The position numbers and the translations under genes are program-made. Positions 51,032 to 61,621 of a stretch of 64,000 bases of DNA are shown here, one piece after another; within the stretch, counting starts at the first letter, position 1, and each line of letters begins with the position of its first letter. This stretch comes from Lachnospiraceae bacterium. Its GTDB lineage: Bacteria > Bacillota > Clostridia > Lachnospirales > Lachnospiraceae. The notes under the pieces are model-generated. The model was not told the origin of the DNA and did not search any database. It saw nothing but the letters and a program-made list of their open reading frames with translations. Location: positions 11,432-75,431 of the forward strand of contig SVEA01000031.1 of the NCBI GenBank assembly GCA_015057615.1, written 5' to 3'.

Positions 51032-51198
51032 TTAATAAATAAAGTTAATTTAAGCTATATATAAAGATTAAGGCAGAAATGAAATAATAAGATTAACATA
51101 AATTGTAATTAATTATTTAAAGTGGCAGAAAAATCAAAAAAATATGTGAAAATTGCATAATAAAATCCGCATAAAACAGAATAAAAATGGTTTTATTA

Positions 51199-51227
51199 TT
51201 GATTTGATCGAAAACTCATATTATAAT
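51199..51227 (+). promoter_or_regulatory. Putative sigma-A promoter of the glucan locus
   Basis: TTGATT-17-TATAAT. Confidence 0.55.
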
Positions 51228-51348
51228 GAAGCTGTAGCAAATTATTACTTATGCTGCCGTGGTTATCGGATTTGTGATATTTACCGCGGTTATTTATTGC
51301 AGCAATTTATTTAAGCTTTACGGAGGTAAGGCAGACGGTATTGGGTCG

Positions 51349-51447
51349 GCAACGCTGGTTTCCATTACCCCTCTTTTAATCCTCTATGGTTTTGTACAGA
51401 AGCGGTTTATCCAGGGGATTAAAAATACGGGAATTACGGGAGAATAA
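51349..51447 (+). pseudogene. C-terminal remnant of a carbohydrate ABC permease
   Basis: ATLVSITPLLILYGFVQKRFIQGIKNTGITGE-stop is a typical MalG-type C-terminus; the rest of the gene is absent. Confidence 0.7.
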
Positions 51448-51690
51448 AATATTACCGATTTTGGAAGAAAAATGTTATAATTAGGGAAATATGACGAATG
51501 ACAAAGAAGGAAATGATTTGTTAGGAAGGCAATTGTACTTTCTAGTTGAGTGAATTGTGGATACACAATAACTACGATACTGAAGTTTCGCAATAAAAGT
51601 TTTAGGTTTGATGGAAAGGAGGAGAGCGGTTCCCTCTTGAGACGAAGCCTGTCTCTAACGCTGAAAATGAAAACAAAACAAGCAAAATGG

Positions 51691-51840
51691 ATGTATCTTC
51701 TTCTTAATTTGGCGGTTGGGGGAAACTGGGGTGGAACCCAGGGGATGGATGAAAGTATCTATCCGGTACAGATGCTGGTGGATTACGTCAGAGTCTACCA
51801 GAGCAGAGAAATTGAGAAACTCATTCAAGGCACCTACTAG
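51691..51840 (+). pseudogene. C-terminal remnant of a GH16 beta-glucanase
   Basis: MYLLLNLAVGGNWGG...MLVDYVRVYQ; catalytic EIDIxE region absent. Confidence 0.8.
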
Positions 51841-51874
51841 GTCCGGAAAATTTATTATGTTAGGAGAGAAACCA

Positions 51875-52873
51875 ATGGTAACAATTAGAGATGTGGCAAA
51901 TGAAGCAGATGTTGCAATTTCAACCGTTTCGAATGTACTTAATGGGGTAGATGTAGTCAGTGAGCAGACGAAGAAAAAGGTATTGGAGGCGGTAGAAAAA
52001 CTAAAATACGTTCCGAATATGAACGCAAAATTTTTAAAATCCAATAAAAAGAATACGGTCGGTCTGTTTTTATCCAGTATTCAGGGAGATTTCTATCGGA
52101 TGTTAACCCAGGCGGTGCATCTTCAATGTAAAATGAAGGGCTACCTTCTTAATATCTATGTCAGCAATGAGAATACCAGTGAAGAAATCTACGGAATGAT
52201 TATATCCTCTGGTGTGGAGGGAGCAATCGTTTTTAATGAGCGGCTCCAGGATGAATATGTTGAACGGATTGCCTTAACGAAGATGCCGATGGTTTTCATC
52301 GACCGGGAATTTTCAGGAGAAAATATGTCCAGTGTTATCATCAATAACCTGGAGGGCGGGACGACGGCAATGGAGTACCTGATCCGCCAGGGGCACCGCC
52401 GAATCGGTTATATCCACGGCATCAAGAACATTGATGATGAGCTGAGGTATCAGGCATATCAAAATGTATTAAAGAAATACTCCTTACCGATAGATAATTC
52501 CATTATCCTTCGAGGATATTTTGAAGAAGCGCTGGCATACAGTGAAATGCGGGTACTGCTATTGAAGGGAATTCAGCTGCCGGATGCCTTCTTCTGCGCT
52601 AATGATGAGATGGCATGGGGGTGCATCCACGCTTTGACTGAAGCCGGTATCAAGGTTCCGGATCAGGTAAGCGTAATTGGTTTCGATGATATCTCCTTAT
52701 CCGCTTATTATACACCGGCGCTGACGACAATTCACAGCCCGGTTACGGAACTGGGCAGCGCCAGTGCAACCGAGCTGCTGCGCCTGATTGAATCAGACAA
52801 TGAGTCACCGGGTACGGTAACCCATCTGTCCCCTTCGCTGATTGTCCGGGATACCTGTAAGGTGCGGATATAA
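51875..52873 (+). CDS. LacI-family transcriptional regulator
   Basis: MVTIRDVANEADVAISTVSNVLN HTH, AFFCANDEMA, VSVIGFDD, PALTT; ATG after AGGAG. Confidence 0.94.
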   Translation: MVTIRDVANEADVAISTVSNVLNGVDVVSEQTKKKVLEAVEKLKYVPNMNAKFLKSNKKNTVGLFLSSIQGDFYRMLTQAVHLQCKMKGYLLNIYVSNENTSEEIYGMIISSGVEGAIVFNERLQDEYVERIALTKMPMVFIDREFSGENMSSVIINNLEGGTTAMEYLIRQGHRRIGYIHGIKNIDDELRYQAYQNVLKKYSLPIDNSIILRGYFEEALAYSEMRVLLLKGIQLPDAFFCANDEMAWGCIHALTEAGIKVPDQVSVIGFDDISLSAYYTPALTTIHSPVTELGSASATELLRLIESDNESPGTVTHLSPSLIVRDTCKVRI

Positions 52874-52966
52874 AGGAGCAAGAGATTAAAAACTTGAGCT
52901 TGAAAAAATCAGCTGGCTTGGTTAAGCACATGGATATTTACAATAAATTATATACTGGAGGGTATT

Positions 52967-55900
52967 ATGGGATGTTACCGATTAGAGGGTGATACATATA
53001 TCATTGAGGAATTTGATAAGCTTCCGGCGTTCTCCAGTTTCCTGCCGGGGCTTGCCGGAATTAAGGGAATTCCGCTATGGGTGTACTATACAAACCGGGG
53101 ACAGGGGATCAATAGCTTCGGTATCCATCATAAGAATAATGCAATTATGGAATTCAATCCGGCGAATACAGCTTATGAGAATACGGTGATCAAAGGCTTC
53201 CGAACCTTTTTAAAATGCGGGGATCAATATTTTGAACCGTTTTTTACCTTGGAGGAAGGGACGAAGCGTATCTTACATATCCGCAAGAACAGCTTTGAGA
53301 TGGAAGAGGTGAATGTCCGTCATGGCATCCGAATTCGGGTGAAGTACACGGTTCTTCCGGAGGAAAGTATCGGAGCCTTGGTCCGCCATGTAAGTATAGA
53401 AAATATCGGTAAGGAATCAAAGGAGATCGAATTGATCGACGGCCTTCCGAAGATTATTCCCTATGGCATTGCAAACAGTGCCTATAAGGAAATGTCGAAC
53501 CTGTTAAAGAGCTGGTCGGATATTAAGAATGCTGACCAAAGGGTGCCCTACTATACCATGCGTTCCTCCAGTGACGATTCTTCCGAGGTTTCGGAGATTG
53601 AAGGAGGGTATTTCTATCTAACCGTACATCATCAGGAGCTTCTTCCGGTGATCTACGATGCGGAGGTGATCTTTTCTTATGATACCTCGCTGGTGCATCC
53701 GATTTCATTTCTAAGGCATCCGGTCAAAGAGCTGATGGAGAGGAAGCAGTGCTTCTATAATAAGGTGCCCTGCGGCTTTACACCGATGCAGATTACGCTG
53801 CCGCCTTCCGGTATGGATGAGTTTTATACTTTGGTTGGTTTTGCGGGCTCGCCGGAGCAGATCAATGAGAAGTGTAAGGTATTTTGTGTAAAGGATTACC
53901 TTTTAGGAAAAGAGCGATGTGCGGACCGTCTTGTAGAGGAGCTGACGAATGACATTAAGACCCATACCGGCAGTCCGGTATTTGACCAATATATCGAGCA
54001 ATGCTATCTCGATAATTTTCTGCGGGGCGGGTATCCCTATGTATTTAATAAGGCTTCCAATAAGTCGGTGGTTCATTTGTTCAGCCGTAAGCACGGGGAT
54101 CCGGAGCGGGATTATAATTTCTTTACCATCGCCGGGGAATATTACTCCCAGGGCAATGGAAATTACCGTGATGTGAACCAGAACCGAAGGAATGATGTGT
54201 TCTTTCAAAAGGATATCGGGGATTTTGATATTAAGACCTTCTTTCAGCTCATTCAGATCGATGGATACAATCCGTTGGAGGTCCGTCCCTCCACCTTCCG
54301 AATCAAGCCGGAGAAAATGGAGAAAGTGCAGGAATTACTGAGAGAGAACCTTATAGGGGATGCCAAGCCGCTTCAAGATATCATGAAGGATTCCTTTACA
54401 CCTGGGCAGATCGCCAATCGTATGGCGCATCATTCGATCATCGCTGCCTGCGGGCAGGATAGTTTTCTTACGAAGCTTCTGGAGTGCTGTGAGCAGAATA
54501 TCGAGGCGGGCTTTGGTGAAGGGTATTGGAGCGATCATTGGGACTACAACATGGATCTGGTCGAAAGCTACCTGAAGATCTATCCGGAGAACGAGAAAGC
54601 ACTGCTGTTTGAGGATGGAAGCTACCGCTTTTATGACAGTCCCGTAAGACTTCTGCGAAGAAGTGAGAAATACGTCGTGGGTACTAAAAACGAAGTCAGG
54701 CAGTATGGTGCCTTTGTGCAGGACGAAGAGAAAGTAAGCCGGAACAGTTTTCAAAAGGACGGCACGAATTGGTTGAAAACGGAGGACGGCTCCTATGCCA
54801 CAACAACGCTTATGGGGAAAATGATATCCCTGGCATTGAATAAATTTGCCACTCTGGATGCTTACGGAATGGGTGTTGAGATGGAGGGAGGAAAGCCGGG
54901 CTGGAATGATGCGATGAACGGCCTTCCCGGACTTTTCGGCAGCGGTATGTCGGAGACGTTTGAGCTGAAACGTCTGGTCGGTTTTATCTGTAATTCGGTG
55001 ACCGGGCAGGATGCGATCTCCCTGCCGGCTGAAATATATGATTTCCTAATTCAGGTATCGGAGGCGTTACGAAACTGCCTTAGGGAGGGATGGAGCAATT
55101 TTACCTATTGGGATACCGTCTCCTCCCTGCGGGAGCAGTTTCGGGAAAGGGTTCGATTTACCCTGACGGGAGAGGTGGTTTTGGCGGATACCACGGAGAT
55201 CCAAACCATTTTTAAGGAGTTTGAAGGCAGGCTTGAGGAAGGAATTAAAAAGGCGTGCCGGCTGGGGGATGGTATTGTGCCGACCTATTTTACCTTCCGT
55301 GCAACAGAATATGAAATAGTGAAAGATGGAAAGGGAGAGACCGCACGCAGCCATTATGGACTTCCTAAGGCGAAGGTAAAGGCATTTGAAGTCAATCCGC
55401 TTCCTTCCTTTCTGGAGGGTCCGGCGAAAATGCTCGGCATCATAAAGAACCGGAAGGTGGCAGAAGAGCTTTATCAAAGGGTGAGAGAAAGTGACCTTTT
55501 TGATAGAGAATTGCAAATGTATAAGACCAGTGTTCCGATTGAGCATATTTCCATGGAAAACGGGAGAATCCGCGCATTTACGCCGGGCTGGCTGGAGAGG
55601 GAAAGCATATTTTTGCATATGGAATATAAGTATTTGCTGTCCATGCTTAAGGCTGGGCTATATGAGAAATTCTATGAGGATCTCCCCACCGCCCTCGTGG
55701 CGTTTCGAGATCCGGCGCAGTATGGCAGAAGTGTCCTGGAAAATTCTTCCTTTTTAGCCTCCAGTGCAAATCCCGACAAGACACTCCATGGCCGTGGTTA
55801 TGTAGCACGCCTTAGTGGTTCTGCAACGGAGGCGATCTCGCTATGGATCAGTATGTTTATCGGAGACCGGATCTTTACCTACAAGGACGGTCAGCTGGTA

Positions 55901-56155
55901 CTGCATCTTGAGCCGAAGCTGCCCGATTGGATGTTTGATGAGAAGGGGGAAGTCTCCTTTTCCCTTCTGTCGCATTGCAGGGTAACCTACCGCAATCCTG
56001 CCGGGAAAGCGACCTATGGAGAAAATGCGGCAAGGATCCGAACAATCGAACTGGTGGGCACTGGTATTTGCGTGGAGGGCAACTGCCTCTGCGGTTCCCT
56101 GGCAGAACGCATCCGAAACGGTTTAATAAAGGAACTGATCGCCGATCTGGAGTAA
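52967..56155 (+). CDS. Large cytoplasmic glycoside phosphorylase, GH161-like (beta-1,3-glucan phosphorylase)
   Basis: 1062 aa; RKHGDPERDYNFF, QGNGNYRDVNQNRR, YWSDHW, GKPGWNDAMNGLPG, PGWLERESIFLHMEYKY; beta-glucan gene context. Confidence 0.75.
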   Translation: MGCYRLEGDTYIIEEFDKLPAFSSFLPGLAGIKGIPLWVYYTNRGQGINSFGIHHKNNAIMEFNPANTAYENTVIKGFRTFLKCGDQYFEPFFTLEEGTKRILHIRKNSFEMEEVNVRHGIRIRVKYTVLPEESIGALVRHVSIENIGKESKEIELIDGLPKIIPYGIANSAYKEMSNLLKSWSDIKNADQRVPYYTMRSSSDDSSEVSEIEGGYFYLTVHHQELLPVIYDAEVIFSYDTSLVHPISFLRHPVKELMERKQCFYNKVPCGFTPMQITLPPSGMDEFYTLVGFAGSPEQINEKCKVFCVKDYLLGKERCADRLVEELTNDIKTHTGSPVFDQYIEQCYLDNFLRGGYPYVFNKASNKSVVHLFSRKHGDPERDYNFFTIAGEYYSQGNGNYRDVNQNRRNDVFFQKDIGDFDIKTFFQLIQIDGYNPLEVRPSTFRIKPEKMEKVQELLRENLIGDAKPLQDIMKDSFTPGQIANRMAHHSIIAACGQDSFLTKLLECCEQNIEAGFGEGYWSDHWDYNMDLVESYLKIYPENEKALLFEDGSYRFYDSPVRLLRRSEKYVVGTKNEVRQYGAFVQDEEKVSRNSFQKDGTNWLKTEDGSYATTTLMGKMISLALNKFATLDAYGMGVEMEGGKPGWNDAMNGLPGLFGSGMSETFELKRLVGFICNSVTGQDAISLPAEIYDFLIQVSEALRNCLREGWSNFTYWDTVSSLREQFRERVRFTLTGEVVLADTTEIQTIFKEFEGRLEEGIKKACRLGDGIVPTYFTFRATEYEIVKDGKGETARSHYGLPKAKVKAFEVNPLPSFLEGPAKMLGIIKNRKVAEELYQRVRESDLFDRELQMYKTSVPIEHISMENGRIRAFTPGWLERESIFLHMEYKYLLSMLKAGLYEKFYEDLPTALVAFRDPAQYGRSVLENSSFLASSANPDKTLHGRGYVARLSGSATEAISLWISMFIGDRIFTYKDGQLVLHLEPKLPDWMFDEKGEVSFSLLSHCRVTYRNPAGKATYGENAARIRTIELVGTGICVEGNCLCGSLAERIRNGLIKELIADLE

Positions 56156-56208
56156 AAATTAACGATAATCGTTTTCTTATAAGAATGAAGAATTATTTGG
56201 AGTATATA

Positions 56209-57891
56209 ATGAACTATAAGAATTGTTTTGGGGTGTTAAAAATCGCTATCTTAATGGTTGTCTTTTTCTGTATCCTAAAATACAGCTTAACACATTTCAA
56301 TACAAAGATAGCTAGCATGGAGACGGTTATAAAAGCCGCCGCCTTAGAAGATGGAACAAAGGAAGAGATGAGGGTAGAGGAAGTTTACATAAATAGAGAA
56401 GAAGAATTCAAAGAGCTGGACACGCGCTTTTTAAAAACAGATGGAGAAGTATTAAGAAATCATGCAGGGACCGGGGAAATCGTAACCCTGCGGGGTACCA
56501 GCGCCGGCGGCTGGCAGCTGATGGAGGCGTGGATGTGCCCGACCAATGCCCCGGATCAAAAGACAGCCATCGATACCTTAACGGGGCGCTTCGGTAAGGA
56601 AAAGGCGGAAGAATTATTTAAGGTTTATGAGAGTGCATGGTGGCAGGAAGCGGATTTTGATAATATCGCCGAATTGAATTTCAATGTTCTGCGGCTCCCG
56701 ATTTCCTATCTTAATCTGCTGGATGAGGAAGGAAGGCTCCGGGAGGATACGCTGGCAGTCTATGACTGGTTTGTACAGGAATGTTCAAAGAGGGAGATCT
56801 ATGTAATCCTGGATCTACATGCGGCTCCGGGTTCGCAAAATGGCAGGGACCACTCCGGCAGTAGCGAAAGTATCCTATTTACCAATAGCAAGGCACAGGA
56901 GCTTACCATTTCTCTATGGGTACAGCTTGCTGGGCATTTTCAAGGTAATCCGACGATTGCGGGATACGATCTGCTCAATGAGCCGGAGGGTAATGAGGAG
57001 GAACGGGCGCCTTGGGGCGATGTTCAGCTTCCGTTCTTCGACCATTTGTACCGAGCGGTTCGTAGTGTTGACCCGGACCATATCATTTTGTTCAATGCAA
57101 TATGGGAGCCGACGGATATGCCGGATCCTGCCGAATACGAATGGGATAATGTGATGTATGAATACCATTTCTATGGATGGAACCGCATAGAGGATGTAAC
57201 CGTGCAACGAAGGTTTATCGATTCGAAGGTAGAGAATAATAACCGGGCAGGTCATAAGATCCCGGTACTGGTGGGAGAGTTTACCATGTCTGATAAGCTT
57301 CCCAGCTGGGAATATGCGCTCCATGTGTTTAATGAAAATGGATGGAGCTGGACGACCTGGACTTATAAAACGGACGATATGGGAAGCTGGGGCATCTATA
57401 ACAGTAAGGCAGCTGCGACGCCAAAGGTAAATATCGATACCGATTCGGCAGAAATCATAAAAGAAAAATGGAGTAAAGCGGATACAAAGACCGGCTTTAC
57501 AAGGAATCAATATCTGTATGATTTATTAAAGGTCATGGCAGATGAACATACCGGTGCGGATAATCTAAGAAAATGGTTTCATAATTTTGAATTCGATGAA
57601 GTTACGATAAGAACCGATACCGACGCAAAGGCAGAGGTGGTTTCATCGAAGGAGACCTATTCCAGCTGGGAGGACATCGGTACGGCAGGTACCATCACGG
57701 ATTGGGCGGAAGATCCCCCAAGCCCGAAAAGTATGCCTGAAAAATCCGGGAAGGCAGACAGGAAGACCTTACGGATTGCCGTAATCGTAGCAGGAACGCT
57801 TATGGCCTGCTTCATTGGCTATGTGATCGCCGTTCCTTTCGGAAAACACATTGGAAAACGCAGAAAGGAAAAACAAAGGAACGAGCATTAA
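56209..57891 (+). CDS. GH5 glycoside hydrolase (exo-beta-1,3-glucanase-like) with N- and C-terminal hydrophobic anchors
   Basis: NVLRLP, LDLHAAPGSQNG, YDLLNEP (acid/base), YEYHFY, VLVGEF (nucleophile), WTYK; start ATG 56209 after GGAG. Confidence 0.85.
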   Translation: MNYKNCFGVLKIAILMVVFFCILKYSLTHFNTKIASMETVIKAAALEDGTKEEMRVEEVYINREEEFKELDTRFLKTDGEVLRNHAGTGEIVTLRGTSAGGWQLMEAWMCPTNAPDQKTAIDTLTGRFGKEKAEELFKVYESAWWQEADFDNIAELNFNVLRLPISYLNLLDEEGRLREDTLAVYDWFVQECSKREIYVILDLHAAPGSQNGRDHSGSSESILFTNSKAQELTISLWVQLAGHFQGNPTIAGYDLLNEPEGNEEERAPWGDVQLPFFDHLYRAVRSVDPDHIILFNAIWEPTDMPDPAEYEWDNVMYEYHFYGWNRIEDVTVQRRFIDSKVENNNRAGHKIPVLVGEFTMSDKLPSWEYALHVFNENGWSWTTWTYKTDDMGSWGIYNSKAAATPKVNIDTDSAEIIKEKWSKADTKTGFTRNQYLYDLLKVMADEHTGADNLRKWFHNFEFDEVTIRTDTDAKAEVVSSKETYSSWEDIGTAGTITDWAEDPPSPKSMPEKSGKADRKTLRIAVIVAGTLMACFIGYVIAVPFGKHIGKRRKEKQRNEH

Positions 57892-57927
57892 GAAAACAAT
57901 ACTATAACAAAATACAAGGGGAAGACC

Positions 57928-59256
57928 ATGAAACTAATTACCACATGTTATGAAGAAAAGAAGAAGGAAACATTAATTAAGGAATACGCAGCAGTACCTG
58001 AGGATGTCAATGTGGAAAATGAGGTAGTGAATCTTTATCCGGATATCGAATACCAGACAATTCTTGGCTTTGGCGGTGCCATAACTGAGGCAGCCGGCTA
58101 TGTATTTTCCAAATTGGGAGAAGAAAATAAGAGGAAGGTATTGGAGCTTTATTTTGGAGAGGAAGGCAGCCGCTATAATATGGTAAGAAGCCATATTGAC
58201 AGCTGCGATTTCTCTCTCGGTATGTATGCGGCAATGGAGGATCCGAAAGATGGCGAAATGCAGTCCTTCACACTTGCCAGGGAGGAACAATATATTCTTC
58301 CGTTTTTAAGAGCAGCAGAAGAAAAACGGGGGGAAACCCTTGATATTATGCTGTCTCCCTGGTCTCCACCTGCCTTTATGAAGACGAATGAAGAGCGTAC
58401 GAATGGCGGCAAATTAAAGCCAGAATACAGGCAGCTCTGGGCGGAATATATCTGCCGCTATATCAAAGAATACGAAAGGAAAGGCTTTCGGGTACGCCGT
58501 CTGACAATTCAGAACGAGCCAGCAGCGGTACAGACTTGGGATTCCTGCATTTATACTGCCGAGGAGGAGAAAGAATTCATAAAGAATGCCTTATACCCGG
58601 CACTCATAAAGCATGGCTTATCCGATGTGAAAATCAATATTTGGGATCACAATAAGGAAAGAGTAGTGGAGCGGGCAAGAACCATGATCGATGAGGATAC
58701 GGATGAAATGATTGACGGCATTGCTTTCCACTGGTATTCCGGGGATCATTTTGAAGCGCTAGCGATTGCCCGGGAGCTTTTCCCGGAGAAAGAGCTGATT
58801 TTTACGGAAGGCTGTGTAGAATACAGCCGCTTTGATGCGGATCAGCTGCACAATGCGCAGATGTATGCTCATGATATTATCGGCAATCTAAATGGCGGTA
58901 TGACGGGGTTCGTAGATTGGAATCTGCTACTGGATGAAAAGGGCGGACCGAACCATGTGAAAAATTACTGCGATGCACCGATTATGGCGGATACCTTGCG
59001 GGATCAGCTGGAAGTGAAGCTGTCATATCATTACATAGGACATTTCAGCAGGTATATCAAAAAAGGTGCAAAGCGGATTGCCTTTACAAAGTATACGAGC
59101 AAGCTGGAAATGACTGCTTTTAAGAATCCGGACGGGAAAATCGTTTTGGTGCTTTTAAATCCCACGGAGAACGGCAGGACAATAAACCTACGCATGAATG
59201 GAAAAGTAATCAAATTTGAGGTTCACAGGAACGCAATTGCGACTGCACTGCTGTAG
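57928..59256 (+). CDS. GH30 glycoside hydrolase (cytoplasmic)
   Basis: YQTILGFGGAIT, DSCDFS, SPWSPP, TIQNEP, AFHWY, FTEGC, DWNLLLD. Confidence 0.9.
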   Translation: MKLITTCYEEKKKETLIKEYAAVPEDVNVENEVVNLYPDIEYQTILGFGGAITEAAGYVFSKLGEENKRKVLELYFGEEGSRYNMVRSHIDSCDFSLGMYAAMEDPKDGEMQSFTLAREEQYILPFLRAAEEKRGETLDIMLSPWSPPAFMKTNEERTNGGKLKPEYRQLWAEYICRYIKEYERKGFRVRRLTIQNEPAAVQTWDSCIYTAEEEKEFIKNALYPALIKHGLSDVKINIWDHNKERVVERARTMIDEDTDEMIDGIAFHWYSGDHFEALAIARELFPEKELIFTEGCVEYSRFDADQLHNAQMYAHDIIGNLNGGMTGFVDWNLLLDEKGGPNHVKNYCDAPIMADTLRDQLEVKLSYHYIGHFSRYIKKGAKRIAFTKYTSKLEMTAFKNPDGKIVLVLLNPTENGRTINLRMNGKVIKFEVHRNAIATALL

Positions 59257-59367
59257 CAGGATAAGCATTTTCCCGTAAATTCCTAATTTCCCATACCATT
59301 TCACGGAGGAGTGGAATATAATAGCAATAATAGGCATTATATGAGATAATTATAGGACGGTGCTGCA

Positions 59368-61386
59368 ATGAAATTCAAAGATGCATTTCGAACGTTACGT
59401 TATAAAGAGAAAAAATCGCAAGGCTATCATCAGCTATATACCAAATGGGGAGAGTATTTGGATCCGGACAATGTCCTAATGGAATATCCCAGGCCGCAGC
59501 TACAAAGGGAGAATTATACCATTCTAAACGGCTACTGGAAATATTGCATTACAAAAAAAGAAGAGTATCCGGATAATTTTGAGGATGAAATCTTGGTTCC
59601 CTTTTCCCCGGAAAGTGTTTTATCCGGTGTCAGTAAGCAGTTATGTCCGGATGAATTCCTATGGTATGAACGGGTGATACCGATTGAAAAAAAGCTTACT
59701 GGACATCGATGCCTCCTGCATTTTGGAGCAGTGGACCAATTCTGCGAAGTATTTATAAATAAAACGAAAGTTGCACAGCATATGGGCGGATACCTACCCT
59801 TCACTGCGGATATCACCGATGAACTCATCTGGGGAGAAAATGTTTTAACCGTTAAGGTGACGGATAAAACGGATACCGGCTACCACACCAGAGGGAAACA
59901 AAAACTGGACAGAGGCGGAATGTTTTATACGGCACAGAGTGGTATTTGGCAAACCGTATGGATGGAATGGGTACCGGACAGGTACATAGAGAAACTTCGG
60001 ATAACGCCAATGGTAGATCAGAATGCGATTTACCTGGAAATCATCATGAAGAATCATGATAAAGAGGCAGCAGGGAAAAAGGCAGCAGATGACATGGCAT
60101 GCTATGATTCCACCGTCAGCGCAACCGAGGTAAAGTGGAAGGTGAGAACCGGAGACGAAGACGGTAAAAAGGGCGATGAGGAAGGTGCGGATGGGGAAGC
60201 TATAAAGTGTCTCAATCCGGTATACAAAGAAGAGAAGGCTGTATACACGGATGAGCATGATGGGCTTTCAGAAGGCAGCTACGAAACCCCAGAGGAGCTG
60301 CCGGAGGATAAGGAATATTGTGTTGCAATCTATACGGAACACAAAGAAGTCCTGTCCTTCTCCTGTAAACTTCCCGTAATGAAAATAGTGATCCCGGAGA
60401 TCCATTACTGGTGTCCGGAGAAGCCTTTCCTTTATGATGTGGTGGTTACTGTCGGGAAGGATCGGGTAGAAAGCTATTTTGCCATGCGGAAAATAGAAAT
60501 TAAGAAAGATTCGGAGGGAGTACAGCGAATCTATCTGAACAATGCGCCTTATTTTCAAAATGGTTTATTGGATCAGGGGTATTGGCCGGATGGACTTTAT
60601 ACAGCTCCCTGCGATGAGGCACTCATATTCGATATTCAGATGGCGAAGAAGCTGGGCTTTAATATGATTCGCAAGCATCTTAAGATTGAGCCGCTTCGCT
60701 GGTATTATCATTGCGATCGTCTGGGCATGCTGGTGTGGCAGGACATGATCAACGGCGGAGAAAATTACAATAAGTTTCTTGTCGGCTATCTTCCTACGTT
60801 TTGCCCGAAGCTTACCCACTGCTATAAGGATAATCATTACCGGATGCTGGGGAGAAAGGAGGAAGACGGAAGAAAGGAATGGCTTACGGAGTGTAAGGAG
60901 ATGGTAGAGCATCTCTATAACTGCGCTTGTATCGTAACCTGGGTACCCTTTAATGAAGGATGGGGGCAATTCGATTCGAAGCATGTGTATGAAATGATCA
61001 AGGGCGTGGATAAAACTAGATTAATTGACCATGCAAGTGGATGGTTTGATCAGAAGGTAGGAGATTTTAAGAGCATCCATAATTATTTTTATAAGTTAAA
61101 GGTAAAGTGCGGGAAACGACCGGTTGCATTGTCGGAGTACGGCGGCTATGCCTGCTATGTTTCGGAGCATTCCTATTCCTGGCAGATCTTCGGCTACCGG
61201 ATTTATTTGAGCAGCGAGGATTTTAATAAAGACTTTCAAAAGCTTATGACGACTGACATAGAAAAGCTGAAAAAGAAAGGTCTGGTTGCAGCGGTATATA
61301 CACAGTTATCCGATATTGAGGATGAAGTAAACGGTCTGCTGACCTATGACCGGAAAATCTGTAAGGTAAAGCCGATTGGTAAATAG
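59368..61386 (+). CDS. GH2 glycoside hydrolase
   Basis: YPRPQL, ILVPFSPES, LHFGAVD, YTAQSGIWQTVW, LDQGYWPDG, FNEGWGQ, LSEYGG. Confidence 0.9.
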   Translation: MKFKDAFRTLRYKEKKSQGYHQLYTKWGEYLDPDNVLMEYPRPQLQRENYTILNGYWKYCITKKEEYPDNFEDEILVPFSPESVLSGVSKQLCPDEFLWYERVIPIEKKLTGHRCLLHFGAVDQFCEVFINKTKVAQHMGGYLPFTADITDELIWGENVLTVKVTDKTDTGYHTRGKQKLDRGGMFYTAQSGIWQTVWMEWVPDRYIEKLRITPMVDQNAIYLEIIMKNHDKEAAGKKAADDMACYDSTVSATEVKWKVRTGDEDGKKGDEEGADGEAIKCLNPVYKEEKAVYTDEHDGLSEGSYETPEELPEDKEYCVAIYTEHKEVLSFSCKLPVMKIVIPEIHYWCPEKPFLYDVVVTVGKDRVESYFAMRKIEIKKDSEGVQRIYLNNAPYFQNGLLDQGYWPDGLYTAPCDEALIFDIQMAKKLGFNMIRKHLKIEPLRWYYHCDRLGMLVWQDMINGGENYNKFLVGYLPTFCPKLTHCYKDNHYRMLGRKEEDGRKEWLTECKEMVEHLYNCACIVTWVPFNEGWGQFDSKHVYEMIKGVDKTRLIDHASGWFDQKVGDFKSIHNYFYKLKVKCGKRPVALSEYGGYACYVSEHSYSWQIFGYRIYLSSEDFNKDFQKLMTTDIEKLKKKGLVAAVYTQLSDIEDEVNGLLTYDRKICKVKPIGK

Positions 61387-61621
61387 TAATCTTAATGTAA
61401 TTCTAAAGCTTTCGTAAGGTTTCATTAATACGGTTGTTGTTAAATAGAAATAGAGTATTTAATACACCAAGAGACCGCATAAAAATGAGTAGGTCAAGGA
61501 ATATCATTCCATGGTCTGATGTCGTCAAAACTTATTCTTTAATGGGATTTGAGACAAAAGCCGATTTGTCTCACAGGCTTTTGATACTTAAAACCTATTA
61601 TTCTTGAAGGAGGAAAGGAAT

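Noticed and set aside
55975-56208. N-terminal extension of GH5
   Set aside because: Overlaps the phosphorylase 3' end in another frame; the hydrophobic leader begins at ATG 56209.
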